Positions 47,587 through 57,249 are shown, numbered from the stretch's first letter. The stretch is DNA of 64,000 nucleotides from an uncultured Bacteroidota bacterium (GCA_963700635.1 CAVOYH010000003.1:544001-608000), one strand, 5' to 3'. Notes: a model not told the origin generated them from the letters alone. Translations and numbers: made by a program.

Positions 47587-48786
47587 ATGACTGCTCCTGC
47601 AAGCGGTATCCGGATCAGCAAAACAGGGAATATCAAGATCATACTCCTTGTGTTTGCCTCAGTATCCGTCATCGCCCTCCTTCTGTACTCCCAGCGCCTC
47701 ACCGATCAGTTGCTCGCACGCGAACGCGAGATCGTCGCCCTCTACGCCCGATCCCTTGAGTACGTGGCGAACAACGATCCTGCCGCAGGTGATCTGAGTT
47801 TTGCCTTTGAAGTTATCCGGACCATAGATTTTCCCATTGTGCAAACGGATGCCCGAAACCGGGCGGAGGCATGGAAGAACATTGACGTGGACACTGCCGC
47901 AATGTCGGCAGAACAGGAGGAGGAGTTTTTCCGCCTCCTGCTGGCCGAAATGGACGCACAGAACAAGCCGATTCGGGCCGCGATTAATGACACCCTGGTT
48001 CTGAACTATCTCCATTACGGAGAGTCGGAACTCATCCGGCAACTGCGCTGGCTGCCGGTGAGCGAGCTCGCCATCGCGGCTATCTTCATCCTCATCGCGT
48101 ACGTGGGGTTCAGCTATATCAAACGGAGCGAACAGAGTAATATCTGGGTGGGTATGGCGAAGGAAACCGCCCACCAGCTTGGCACTCCCCTGTCGAGCCT
48201 GATGGGCTGGACCGAACGACTCCGGGTCGATGCTGCGGGAGCGCCGCGAATAAGCGAAACAGTGGGTGAGATGGAACATGACATCCATCGCCTGAACAAA
48301 GTGGCGGCACGCTTTTCGAAAATCGGCTCCACACCGAGTCTGAAAGAAGAGAACCTCCCCGAAGTGATCGAAGGGGTGATCCAGTACATCGCAAAACGAA
48401 TTCCCCGTTCCGGTAAAAAGGTGGACCTGCTCATCGAGACGCCGGGGTTATTCAGCGCCCGGATTAATCGCGAGCTATTCGAATGGGTAATCGAAAACTT
48501 AATGAAGAATGCGCTGGATGCAATGGAGGGAAATGCGGGAAAGATCTCTTTTGCACTCAGTCACGTCTCCGGTAAGACGATGATTGACGTGACAGACACC
48601 GGAAAAGGCATTGACCCAAAACTCCACAAAGAAATATTCCGTCCGGGCTACAGCACCAAAAAAAGGGGCTGGGGTCTTGGGCTCACATTAGCGAAGCGGA
48701 TTATTGAAGATTACCACAGAGGGAAATTGTACGTCAAGCAAAGCACGCCAGGTGCGGGAACAACGTTCAGGATACGACTGCAGTAG
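47587..48786 (+). CDS. membrane sensor histidine kinase with no adjacent response regulator
   Basis: Two TM helices, WVGMAKETAHQLGTPLSSL H-box, ENLMKNA.DAM, DTGKGI and STKKRGWGLGL. Confidence 0.92.
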   Translation: MTAPASGIRISKTGNIKIILLVFASVSVIALLLYSQRLTDQLLAREREIVALYARSLEYVANNDPAAGDLSFAFEVIRTIDFPIVQTDARNRAEAWKNIDVDTAAMSAEQEEEFFRLLLAEMDAQNKPIRAAINDTLVLNYLHYGESELIRQLRWLPVSELAIAAIFILIAYVGFSYIKRSEQSNIWVGMAKETAHQLGTPLSSLMGWTERLRVDAAGAPRISETVGEMEHDIHRLNKVAARFSKIGSTPSLKEENLPEVIEGVIQYIAKRIPRSGKKVDLLIETPGLFSARINRELFEWVIENLMKNALDAMEGNAGKISFALSHVSGKTMIDVTDTGKGIDPKLHKEIFRPGYSTKKRGWGLGLTLAKRIIEDYHRGKLYVKQSTPGAGTTFRIRLQ

Positions 48787-48878
48787 AACAGGCCATCATG
48801 ACTGCCTGACAATGCGCGAGTCCGGCCGGACGCCGTCTGCAACGCAGGTGTTCCCCGCACGAACGTGTGTTCTACCCT

Positions 48879-49631
48879 TCATCGAGATCCAGAGGCCATC
48901 CTCTGGCGCGGGGGAGAAAGTGCTCTCCGGTTCAGTTCTCTTCCAGCAGTCCGGAACACCCGGTTTATCATTGACCGCGTCAGCCGGCCCGTGAATGTAT
49001 TCTGCTGGCTGGGATGATAGGTTGCAAGAAACGTAAATTCTCCCATGTGATACACCGCTCCGTGCGCGAAGCCGGGCATAGTCTTGAACGAAATCAGACC
49101 TAATGTCCGAAAGGCCTTCAACCCGGCCTCAAACCCAATCTTTCCAAGCCCCACCACAACACGAATACTCTTCAGCAATCGGATTTCCTCCAGCAGATAC
49201 CGGTTACAGTGCGCCATCTCCTCGGGAAGGGGCCTGTTTTTCGGAGGGGGGCACCGTACCGCGGCAACGATATAACAGTCGTTCAGTCGCAGTCCATCAT
49301 CCCGGGAGAGTGACTCCGGTTGATTCGCAAAACCGGTAGCGTGCAGCGCCCGGATGAGCCAGTTGCCGCTCTCATCGCCGGTGAACATTCGACCCGTCCT
49401 GTTGCCCCCGTGGGCTGCCGGGGCGAGTCCCACCAGCAGCATGCGGGCATCAGGATCCCCGAATCCGGTCAGGGGTTTGCCCCAGTACTCTTCCTCCACG
49501 AACCGGCGCACTTTCACTTTCGCGGCCTCTTCCCTCCAGTGCACGAGCCGCGGACAGAGTCTGCATCGTGTAATCGTTCGATGCAGCGCAACCAAACTTT
49601 TGCCGGAAGCACGTCTGGCCGGCGGGGTCAT
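48879..49631 (-). CDS. family 5 uracil-DNA glycosylase (UdgB-like, 4Fe-4S)
   Basis: CRLCPRL, GLAPAAHGGNRTGRMFTGD, VRCPPP.N.P and YHPSQQNT. Confidence 0.92.
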   Translation of the reverse strand: MTPPARRASGKSLVALHRTITRCRLCPRLVHWREEAAKVKVRRFVEEEYWGKPLTGFGDPDARMLLVGLAPAAHGGNRTGRMFTGDESGNWLIRALHATGFANQPESLSRDDGLRLNDCYIVAAVRCPPPKNRPLPEEMAHCNRYLLEEIRLLKSIRVVVGLGKIGFEAGLKAFRTLGLISFKTMPGFAHGAVYHMGEFTFLATYHPSQQNTFTGRLTRSMINRVFRTAGRELNRRALSPPRQRMASGSR

Positions 49632-51091
49632 CGGGAGCCTTCAACCACCGGTGCCTTCCCGAGCACGTCCTCGATGGTCATGTGGAGTACGGGTCCCAGT
49701 TTCATCGTAGTCATCTTCGCCTCTATGGAGAGGCGATCCCCAACGAGCACAATCACCATCTTTGCCGGATCAAGGTATGCCCGCGCGACACGCTGGACAT
49801 CTTCTTTCGTCACCGCACGAATCCGGCCGACATACTGTGTGTAGTAATTGTGCGGGAGGTTGAATATCACCATATCTTCCAGTTTCCGGGCGATATCAGC
49901 CACAGTCTGGAACTCACCGGGGAATCCAAGCGCAATATAGTTTTTCGCCCGGTCCAGTTCGGCATCCGGCACCGGATTCTGGATAGCACTCAGCTCGTTC
50001 ATGAACTCCCTCACCGCTGAATCGGTGATCGCACTATGCACGGCTGCACTGGCGAGGAACGGCCCCGGCAGAATGCGGAATGCGAATGACGATCCCGCTC
50101 CGTATGAATATCCGTGTTCCTCCCGGAGATTCTGATTCAGGCGGGACGAGAATGATCCACCGAGGATCGTATTCATGACCACCAGGGGAAAATAGTCGTC
50201 CGACATTCTTGACGCGCCGATACGTCCGATGCGGACTTCCGTTTGTGGCGCGCCTGGTTTGTCCACAATGATGACGGAACGTTGTGCCACGTTCGTGATC
50301 GGGGGCAAAGGAAATCCCGCCGCCGCGTTACCCGTCCAGCCACCGAAGGCCGCTTCCAGCTTCGGGCGTATCTTCGCCATCGTCACATCTCCCACAACAA
50401 TAAGGTCCGCATTGGCAGGGCGGAAATACTGTGTGTGAAATTGCTGGAGATCTTCAACCCGAAAAGACCGGATTGACTGTTCATCGCCGATACTGGATGC
50501 CCCGTAGGGGTGCCCGGCGCCATACAGTGTGCGATTGAACGTGAGGGAGGCGAGGGAGCCGGGCTCATCGCGCCATTGAAGAAGCGTGGTCAGTCGGCTT
50601 TTCCGTTTCCGCTCAAGTTCGGCCGGCGCGAACACAGGGCGAAGTGCAACGTCAGCCTGCAGGGCAAGCGCAGAATCCAGCTTGGACACCGGTGTTTGCA
50701 GCGTAACAGCCGAGGTATGCATGCCTGCTGAAGATCCCAGGTTCGCGCCCAGATAGTCAATGGCATCAGCGAGTTGCAGGGCAGTACGTCCTCCCGCACC
50801 TTCCATCATCATCGAAACAACCATCGACGCGAGTCCGGGTTTGCCGGGAGGATCCAGTACCGCACCGGCATTGATGATAAGATTAATCTGCACCAGGGGA
50901 ACCTGATGTTTCTCAAACAGCACAACCTGCAGCCCGTTCGAAAGCGTGAAGCGTTCGACGGCAGGCATGACGAATGACGGAGGCGGACCCGGTTTGGGCG
51001 GAGAGTTCCTGTCCGGTTTCTGCGCCGCTCCAGGAACGGCAAGCACAAGTGCAAGAACGGCAAGACCAACCACACGCAAGGATGTGTTCAT
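49628..51091 (-). CDS. M16 family peptidase, non-catalytic subunit
   Basis: Signal peptide and LSNGL.V. The HxxEH position reads SMVVS. Carries the substrate-binding R/Y motif SRLN.NLREEHGYSYG. Confidence 0.88.
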   Translation of the reverse strand: MNTSLRVVGLAVLALVLAVPGAAQKPDRNSPPKPGPPPSFVMPAVERFTLSNGLQVVLFEKHQVPLVQINLIINAGAVLDPPGKPGLASMVVSMMMEGAGGRTALQLADAIDYLGANLGSSAGMHTSAVTLQTPVSKLDSALALQADVALRPVFAPAELERKRKSRLTTLLQWRDEPGSLASLTFNRTLYGAGHPYGASSIGDEQSIRSFRVEDLQQFHTQYFRPANADLIVVGDVTMAKIRPKLEAAFGGWTGNAAAGFPLPPITNVAQRSVIIVDKPGAPQTEVRIGRIGASRMSDDYFPLVVMNTILGGSFSSRLNQNLREEHGYSYGAGSSFAFRILPGPFLASAAVHSAITDSAVREFMNELSAIQNPVPDAELDRAKNYIALGFPGEFQTVADIARKLEDMVIFNLPHNYYTQYVGRIRAVTKEDVQRVARAYLDPAKMVIVLVGDRLSIEAKMTTMKLGPVLHMTIEDVLGKAPVVEGSR

Positions 51092-51093
51092 GA

Positions 51094-52461
51094 CTAGCGT
51101 ACCTCCTTCCGGCCCGGGGCAGCAAGCTCAGGTTTTCCTCTGGGAACGACACTCAACACGACACGTTGATCATCACGAAGCACTGTCCGGATCGCAGACT
51201 GGATATCCTCAGGATCCAGCGCCATGTATCGTGCAAGGTCTTCCTGAAAATAGTCCGGGTTTCCGGTTTGCACGTAGTACGCATTAAGCTGGTCAGCTTT
51301 TCCGCCGAACCCTCCCACCGATTCCAGCCGCCGCAGAAACGATGCTTCGTACTGATTGACAGCACGCTCAACTTCTCGCTTCTCCGGTCCTTCACTCAAC
51401 ACGTGATGCAGTTCTTCCGCAATAACCTTCTCGATCTCCGCGAGGGTATGACCACTCCGGGCGGTTGCCACAATGTGGAAGGTCGAACTCAATTGCTGTG
51501 ACGCCTGATAGGCCACGACATCCTGCGCGATTTGCAGCTCATAAACCAGACGCCTGTAGAGACGTGAGTTCTTGCCCCCGGTGAGAACAGAAGCCGCAAT
51601 ATCCATCTCGGCATCTCCGGGCCGGAAAAACGCGGGCGAGTGCCAGGCCATGTAGAGTCGCGGCAACTGTACGTTGTCTTCAAGAACCAGACGTTTTTCT
51701 GTTTCGAGAAAGGCAACCGGTGCACCCAGTGGCGGCACCGGAGGTCCCGCGGGAACATCGCTAAACCACTGCTCCACCAGCGTGCGTGTTTTTACCGGAT
51801 CAATGTCACCCGCGATGGAAAGACTCGCATTATTCGGACCGTAAAACCGTTTGAAAAATTCCACCACATCGTCGTAGCTGGCCGCAGAGAGATCTGCCAT
51901 CGAGCCAATCGTGGGCCAATGGTAGGGATGATCGGGTGGGTAGAGGTTTTCATCCAACACGATAGACGCCATGCCGTACGGACGGTTTTCATACGATTGC
52001 CGTCGCTCATTCTTGACCACATCACGCTGTCCGTCTACTTTGGCGGGAGACATCGCGTCAAGCAGGTACCCCATCCGATCGGATTCCACAAACAACGACA
52101 GGGCCAGGGCATTACTTGGAAGATTTATCCAGTAGTTGGTCCTGTCCGAATTCGTTGACCCGTTATTATCACAGCCCGCGGCTTCGAGCCATTCGTCATA
52201 TTTCCCTTCGGGCACGTGTCCCGAACCTTCGTACATGATGTGTTCGAAAAGATGGGCAAATCCCGTTCGCCCCGGCTTCTCCCGACCCGAACCAACATGA
52301 TAATAGACATTCACGCTCACTGTCGGTGTTGTGTGATCCTCATGGAGTATGACCGCGAGACCGTTCGGTAGGGTGAAACGGGTGTACGGAACACTGATCC
52401 TGTTTTCTCCTGCTGTCCCCAGCGACACTATCAACACCAGAAGCAAGAAAGCTTTTTTCAT
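51094..52461 (-). CDS. M16 family zinc peptidase, catalytic subunit
   Basis: Start ATG 52461 (MKKAFLLL signal peptide, GGAGG SD). GFAHLFEHIM inverzincin motif and VVKNERRQ. Confidence 0.92.
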   Translation of the reverse strand: MKKAFLLLVLIVSLGTAGENRISVPYTRFTLPNGLAVILHEDHTTPTVSVNVYYHVGSGREKPGRTGFAHLFEHIMYEGSGHVPEGKYDEWLEAAGCDNNGSTNSDRTNYWINLPSNALALSLFVESDRMGYLLDAMSPAKVDGQRDVVKNERRQSYENRPYGMASIVLDENLYPPDHPYHWPTIGSMADLSAASYDDVVEFFKRFYGPNNASLSIAGDIDPVKTRTLVEQWFSDVPAGPPVPPLGAPVAFLETEKRLVLEDNVQLPRLYMAWHSPAFFRPGDAEMDIAASVLTGGKNSRLYRRLVYELQIAQDVVAYQASQQLSSTFHIVATARSGHTLAEIEKVIAEELHHVLSEGPEKREVERAVNQYEASFLRRLESVGGFGGKADQLNAYYVQTGNPDYFQEDLARYMALDPEDIQSAIRTVLRDDQRVVLSVVPRGKPELAAPGRKEVR

Positions 52462-52587
52462 GGACCCTCCAGTTAGGGGTTGTGCGCAAGACAATGACGT
52501 ACCGCCGTAATCATACCGCATACGAACATTCCGGTGGAATGTCTGCACCGCCTTTTCTTCCAGGTCAGCCGTGATTTTTCTCCCTGG

Positions 52588-55356
52588 TCAATTGTCACTT
52601 ACTGTCGTCCCCCATCCCGGCCCGAGAAGTATTGCATTGAGCATAAGACGTTCCGTTCCATGGAAGAACCCCCTGAATACCGGTTCTCCGGCAAAGAGGA
52701 TAATTTGTCCCCGTCCTTTACTTTCCCTCGTGGTGTAGGCGGACCCAGTCCAACGGTCACGCGCCTCGGGCCACAGAAGTCCCGCAAGCCGTATCTGCGA
52801 GGCAGAGGAAAAACGGGCCGGAGTGCGTACAGGGTCTCTTGACACATATGCCGATGACGTGTACATCAGAGCGGCAACACTCTTTCCCGCGCCAAAACAG
52901 AGCCAGTGCTCCTCGTCAAGATCCACCCGGAGGATTGCCCCACGCGGCATAAAGAGCTGCCCCCGTTCATCCTGGAGTGCGATCTCCTTGTCGCTCAGAA
53001 TGCCCGGACGTGGCAACCGCACGGTATCAACACCCTGCGTTCCGCTCCAGAGCAACACGCTGTCGATGACGGGAGCTCCGGCCTGTCGCTCAAGTTCCAC
53101 CGCGCGGGAAAACACATCAAGGTCCTTCAGGGCCTGATGACGGAGTCGAACGGCGCTCAGACTGCTGGAGCTGTCAGCGACAGCAGCGGAGGCACTCCCC
53201 ATCGTAATCAGGGTTCCTCCGGCTTCAATCCAATCATGCAGACGTTTGGAACCACCTTTACCCAGCACCCGTTCCATCGTCGGTGTTCCGCCCACCGAAG
53301 GCAGAATAATTACGTTGTATTTTTGGATATCGGATGAAAGAAGCCCTGATGCCGGAAGCAGGGTAGTCTGCATCTGCATTCGATAGTCCAGAAGATGCCA
53401 GAGGGCCCCAAAACTCGTCGAGCTCACGTCCGGACCACCAACCAGGGCAACACGCGGCACACGCAGAAGCGTGAAGTCGTTGCCGCCGAGATCCGGACCC
53501 TTTGTGCTCAACGCCGTTCCCACCGCATAGAATGTCACCCCGGACGTTTTAGCGGCGAACTGTAACCTTTCGCGTAATGTGTCCGGATTTTCATTCGCCC
53601 GCAGCAGCAGTGTTCCGCGATCGAATGTATGGCCATCGACAGCAAACGGTTCTCTTCCGGATCGCACCTTGAATCCCCGGGAGAGTAATTGCGCGAGGAC
53701 TCCGGCGCTCCGGTCATCGTACGGAAGCAGATATCCGTAGGGCTTCTCCGGTCCCTCGATCCTCCCCGCAGGCCGCTCGATGGCATGGACGGGAGAGATC
53801 TGCACATCCGGCCGGGTATTCAAACCGTATGCTTCGATCCCGTAGGCCAGCGGGAGGGACCATGCGGTAACGTCATAGAGGCGCGACTTCTTGTCCTTCT
53901 CCAGAGATTTCCGCTCCTCCTGAAGGAATGAAGAGACCATCCTCGGGTCAAATTCCAGAATGGCACGCGCCAGGCGGCTCGAGGGCTGATCCAGGAAGAC
54001 AAGATAGGTCCCTCCGGGCAACAGCACGTTTTTTACGGATCCACCATATGCCGGGATTACATCCCGGACGCGAAACTCCCTGTCGGCACGATGTACCTCA
54101 ATGCCCTGCCAGCGCAAGCACTCCACCAGTCGATCAACCCGTTCCGGATTTGTCCCCCGTACAAAAGCGTATGCGCCGGGCGAGCCGGGGATATCTCGGA
54201 GCGCATCCCGCCGCGACGAGGCATACCGTATCAGAAGGTCCTTTCTGTGACGGGATGCGGTTTCACAATTGGCGAGCGAGCTCACCACATGATGGTGTAC
54301 CGTCTCCGCATATTGGAGCGTTGTTCCATCCGGGCGTTTTACCAGCGATCCGTCAACACCTGCCTGTTCGTACAGTATTCCCACCGCATCGGTGTAGAGC
54401 GACCAGGAACTTGCATAACCGGGGTACCAATCATCGCTCCATTCCCGCGTGTAGTAGCTCCAACCGTACCGGTCAAAAGCTCGCGCCTGATCCCGTGCAA
54501 ACACATTCCACCACTCCCGGGAGTTCGTGGAGATGTTGGGATTTATGGGCTGACGGGGCGGGGAGAACAGGTAGGTGTCATACGGGCCCATTTCGTGCGA
54601 ATCGATAAATACCTGCGGGTGCCATTGCGTGACGGTTTCTACACGGGCACGGGTTTCAGGATGGACCATCACAAACCAATCCCTGTTAAGATCAAAAAGG
54701 TAGTGATTACCCCTCCCGTACGGCCAGACACCGGTGTGATGAAGACTCTGTACATCGGGGTTCGGCAGGACACTGCTCCATTGTTCCATCTGCGAGAGGA
54801 ATCGTTCACGCCCGTCCGGATTTTCCATCGGATCAATGCAGATGACAAGATTCTTCAACGCCGACAGCGTGGCCGTGTCCGTCCCTGCCGCAAGCTGGTA
54901 GGCCACGTGAAGGGCCGCATCAACGGAAGAAAGTTCATCACCGTGGATTCCATAACCGATCCAGACAACAGCGGGGAGTTTCTCTGCAATGGTGCGGACC
55001 TCGGCATCGGTTACCGTACGCGGATCTGCGAGCCTGGCGTGGTCGCGACGAATGGCATCGAGATTTTGCAGATGTGCTGGATCCGACAGAACAAGATAGT
55101 ACAGCTTCCGCCTTTCATAGGTCTCACCCATCTCCATCAACCGGACCCGGGGAGATTGAGCTGCCAGAGAACGGCAGTACGCAACAACCTCCGCATACCG
55201 GGCAGGTCGATCTCCGGGGTTAAAACCCAGGACCTCGGCTGGAGCAGAAATGGCAGCATCATACAGACCACTCCCCGGGCGAATGGCAGACAATGGTTGT
55301 GCGAGTGCAACCAGCGAACAACAGAATGTTGTGAACACTATGAACCAAACTTTCAC
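52588..55356 (-). CDS. large M14 zinc carboxypeptidase-family protein with a C-terminal GATase-like domain
   Basis: GTG 55356 with AAGGAG SD and a signal peptide (...ALA|QPL). IHGDE, NPDGRE, RGNHY.FDLNRDW, DSHEMG and YDVTAWSLPLAYG. Confidence 0.88.
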   Translation of the reverse strand: MKVWFIVFTTFCCSLVALAQPLSAIRPGSGLYDAAISAPAEVLGFNPGDRPARYAEVVAYCRSLAAQSPRVRLMEMGETYERRKLYYLVLSDPAHLQNLDAIRRDHARLADPRTVTDAEVRTIAEKLPAVVWIGYGIHGDELSSVDAALHVAYQLAAGTDTATLSALKNLVICIDPMENPDGRERFLSQMEQWSSVLPNPDVQSLHHTGVWPYGRGNHYLFDLNRDWFVMVHPETRARVETVTQWHPQVFIDSHEMGPYDTYLFSPPRQPINPNISTNSREWWNVFARDQARAFDRYGWSYYTREWSDDWYPGYASSWSLYTDAVGILYEQAGVDGSLVKRPDGTTLQYAETVHHHVVSSLANCETASRHRKDLLIRYASSRRDALRDIPGSPGAYAFVRGTNPERVDRLVECLRWQGIEVHRADREFRVRDVIPAYGGSVKNVLLPGGTYLVFLDQPSSRLARAILEFDPRMVSSFLQEERKSLEKDKKSRLYDVTAWSLPLAYGIEAYGLNTRPDVQISPVHAIERPAGRIEGPEKPYGYLLPYDDRSAGVLAQLLSRGFKVRSGREPFAVDGHTFDRGTLLLRANENPDTLRERLQFAAKTSGVTFYAVGTALSTKGPDLGGNDFTLLRVPRVALVGGPDVSSTSFGALWHLLDYRMQMQTTLLPASGLLSSDIQKYNVIILPSVGGTPTMERVLGKGGSKRLHDWIEAGGTLITMGSASAAVADSSSSLSAVRLRHQALKDLDVFSRAVELERQAGAPVIDSVLLWSGTQGVDTVRLPRPGILSDKEIALQDERGQLFMPRGAILRVDLDEEHWLCFGAGKSVAALMYTSSAYVSRDPVRTPARFSSASQIRLAGLLWPEARDRWTGSAYTTRESKGRGQIILFAGEPVFRGFFHGTERLMLNAILLGPGWGTTVSDN

Positions 55357-55412
55357 GGTTCGCTCCTTGGCTATGTGGAAAACTGTTGTAGGGTCGTTTG
55401 CACGAACGGGAT

Positions 55413-56363
55413 TCAGCGCGAAAGGATCAACACGAGAAGACCGGTGAGCATAATAAGCAATCCCACACCTGCAGCGATATAGCGGCCACGGACCCGGTTC
55501 CAATCCGATTGGCCTTCTGTGTTGATTTCAAACGGCCAGTGACCCAGCAGCGATTGCACTTCGCTCATGCTCTGTGGACGCAGGTGAGGATCAACTGCCA
55601 GACAGCGAGAACACAGATGGGAAAGCGAGCCAGGTACGTCGGCACGCAACGTTCCCACCTCTCGAAGGTCCTCGGTAGCGATGGTCGTTATGTGCCCGGG
55701 CATTCGCGAACCCCGAAACGGCATCACTCCGGTGAGCATTTCATAGATGACAAGGCCGAAGGTCCAGATATCAGACCGTTCATCGGGAAGAGTACCCCGC
55801 AGTTGTTCCGGGGCCCTGTACTCAACAATTCCGGACCTGGCATCTCCGGCGTGTTCCCAGTACCGGGCCTCGTGCGGCAAGCCAAAATCCAGCAACTTAA
55901 CAACCCCGTCACTGGTCACCATGATATTCGACGGCTGCAGAAGTCCGTGCACAATGGCATGCTCGTGCGCCATTGCCAGACCTTCTGCCATCTGCCGTGC
56001 AATCGCGATGGACATTTCAACGGGGAGGGGGCCACGGAGCAGTTTCTCTCCGACGGTTTCCCCGTCATAACACACCATCGCCATAAACATACGGCCGTCA
56101 TCTGTTTCGTCGATGTCAGCAATGGTGCTGATATTCGGATGATCCAGGGCAGAAGCCGCGCGTGCTTCGCGCATGAACCGTTCACGCGTATCGAGGTCGC
56201 GGGTAACGTATTCGGGCAGAATCCTGAGCGCAACCGTACGCCTGCGGCGCAGGTCCTCGGCCCGGTACAGTTCTCCCGGCCCATCACTCTCAATCCTGGA
56301 AAGAATCCGGTAATGGGTTATCGTCTGACCCGCCGGTATCACATTCCGTTCGTGCAGAGGCAT
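55413..56363 (-). CDS. Hanks-type Ser/Thr kinase homologue with degenerate catalytic motifs (probable pseudokinase) and a C-terminal TM anchor
   Basis: The kinase scaffold is intact (RF.REA..AS.L.HPNI, DFG, APE, SDIW..G...YEMLTG..PF). The G-loop reads ESDGPG, VAIK reads VALR, HRDLKP.N reads HGLLQPSN and GT reads GI. Ends in a hydrophobic helix. Confidence 0.85.
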   Translation of the reverse strand: MPLHERNVIPAGQTITHYRILSRIESDGPGELYRAEDLRRRRTVALRILPEYVTRDLDTRERFMREARAASALDHPNISTIADIDETDDGRMFMAMVCYDGETVGEKLLRGPLPVEMSIAIARQMAEGLAMAHEHAIVHGLLQPSNIMVTSDGVVKLLDFGLPHEARYWEHAGDARSGIVEYRAPEQLRGTLPDERSDIWTFGLVIYEMLTGVMPFRGSRMPGHITTIATEDLREVGTLRADVPGSLSHLCSRCLAVDPHLRPQSMSEVQSLLGHWPFEINTEGQSDWNRVRGRYIAAGVGLLIMLTGLLVLILSR

Positions 56364-56365
56364 GG

Positions 56366-57109
56366 TCAGCGCCTTGTCCAGACAGTACGCGCCAACACAA
56401 CCTCCCGGTGCCCGCCGCTTCCTGTCATGCGGTGCTCGTACGTGGATTCATCAACAGCGTGCGTGGCAATCTGCACGGTTTCGCCGAACTGGACCGCGCG
56501 CTTATGTTCAATATCCAGCGCAACGACTCCCCCGTCCCTCCACACTGCTTCCGGCACGGCTTCGGCAAGCCATTCCACGTAGTGCGTATTGTTGACATGA
56601 TCATTCATATCCAGGTCGGCCCGACGGACGCGGAACTCCGTCACGAAGTCAGGATCGCCGGCAGGGTTAATAAGCGGGAACGCATCGTGAACCATCCGCT
56701 CCGGATGAACCGGATGATTTTTTCCGAGCACGTTTTCGACCGTGACAGGACGATTACGCCGTACATCAATCAAAAACCATTCACTCGATGCTATGGCGAA
56801 TGGCTCGGCTGCTCCGTTCTGCCAGAGGCGGAAATCGCGCCGGGCAAACCGGCTCTCCAGCCCGGAAGGCCAGGTTTCCGCTTTGATCATCGAACGTCCT
56901 GAGGGGATTTCTTTCACCCGTAACTGGAGCCGGACCAGCATCCACGTGAGTGACTGTCTTAGCATCTTCTCCGTGTCAAAGGCCAGGTCAACGGCATTGT
57001 ATTCAGCCGCTTCCTGCAAGAAACGATAGATCACCCAGAGGGGTATCTCTCCACGGTGATCCAATTCGTAACTCTTCAGCTCGAGGGGATATACGCCGAC
57101 TGGATTCAT
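56366..57109 (-). CDS. acyl-ACP thioesterase (double hotdog, FatA/B-like)
   Basis: Y..D..G, LQEAA, W.L.R, ETWP, ARRDF and VRRADLDMNDHVNN..Y..W..E. Confidence 0.9.
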   Translation of the reverse strand: MNPVGVYPLELKSYELDHRGEIPLWVIYRFLQEAAEYNAVDLAFDTEKMLRQSLTWMLVRLQLRVKEIPSGRSMIKAETWPSGLESRFARRDFRLWQNGAAEPFAIASSEWFLIDVRRNRPVTVENVLGKNHPVHPERMVHDAFPLINPAGDPDFVTEFRVRRADLDMNDHVNNTHYVEWLAEAVPEAVWRDGGVVALDIEHKRAVQFGETVQIATHAVDESTYEHRMTGSGGHREVVLARTVWTRR

Positions 57110-57123
57110 AGTTCACCGTGCAC

Positions 57124-57152
57124 AAGATACACAGCATGGACGCCTCATGCAA
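57124..57152 (-). promoter_or_regulatory. sigma70-type promoter for the thioesterase-pseudokinase operon
   Basis: Minus strand TTGCAT(57152-57147)-N17-TATCTT(57129-57124). Confidence 0.55.
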
Positions 57153-57200
57153 GACGTGAGAAGCGTATCCCCCTCCCGCAGTGGAAATCCTTCATCGAGG

Positions 57201-57229
57201 TTGCGATTACGGCTCCTTTCTCATATTTT
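57201..57229 (+). promoter_or_regulatory. sigma70-type promoter for the propeller glycosidase (and possibly ggt)
   Basis: TTGCGA(57201-57206)-N17-TATTTT(57224-57229), with the ATG at 57250. Confidence 0.5.
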
Positions 57230-57249
57230 GGATTGTCGAGATATCCTCT

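Noticed and set aside
52525-52541. ACATTCC-GGT-GGAATGT hairpin between the M14 and M16 genes
   Set aside because: Short stem with a 3-nt loop and no U tract on the coding strand, so a terminator or RNA element is not supported.
54091-56582. 463-aa and 394-aa plus-strand ORFs
   Set aside because: Antisense to the M14 peptidase and the pseudokinase; no domain signal.
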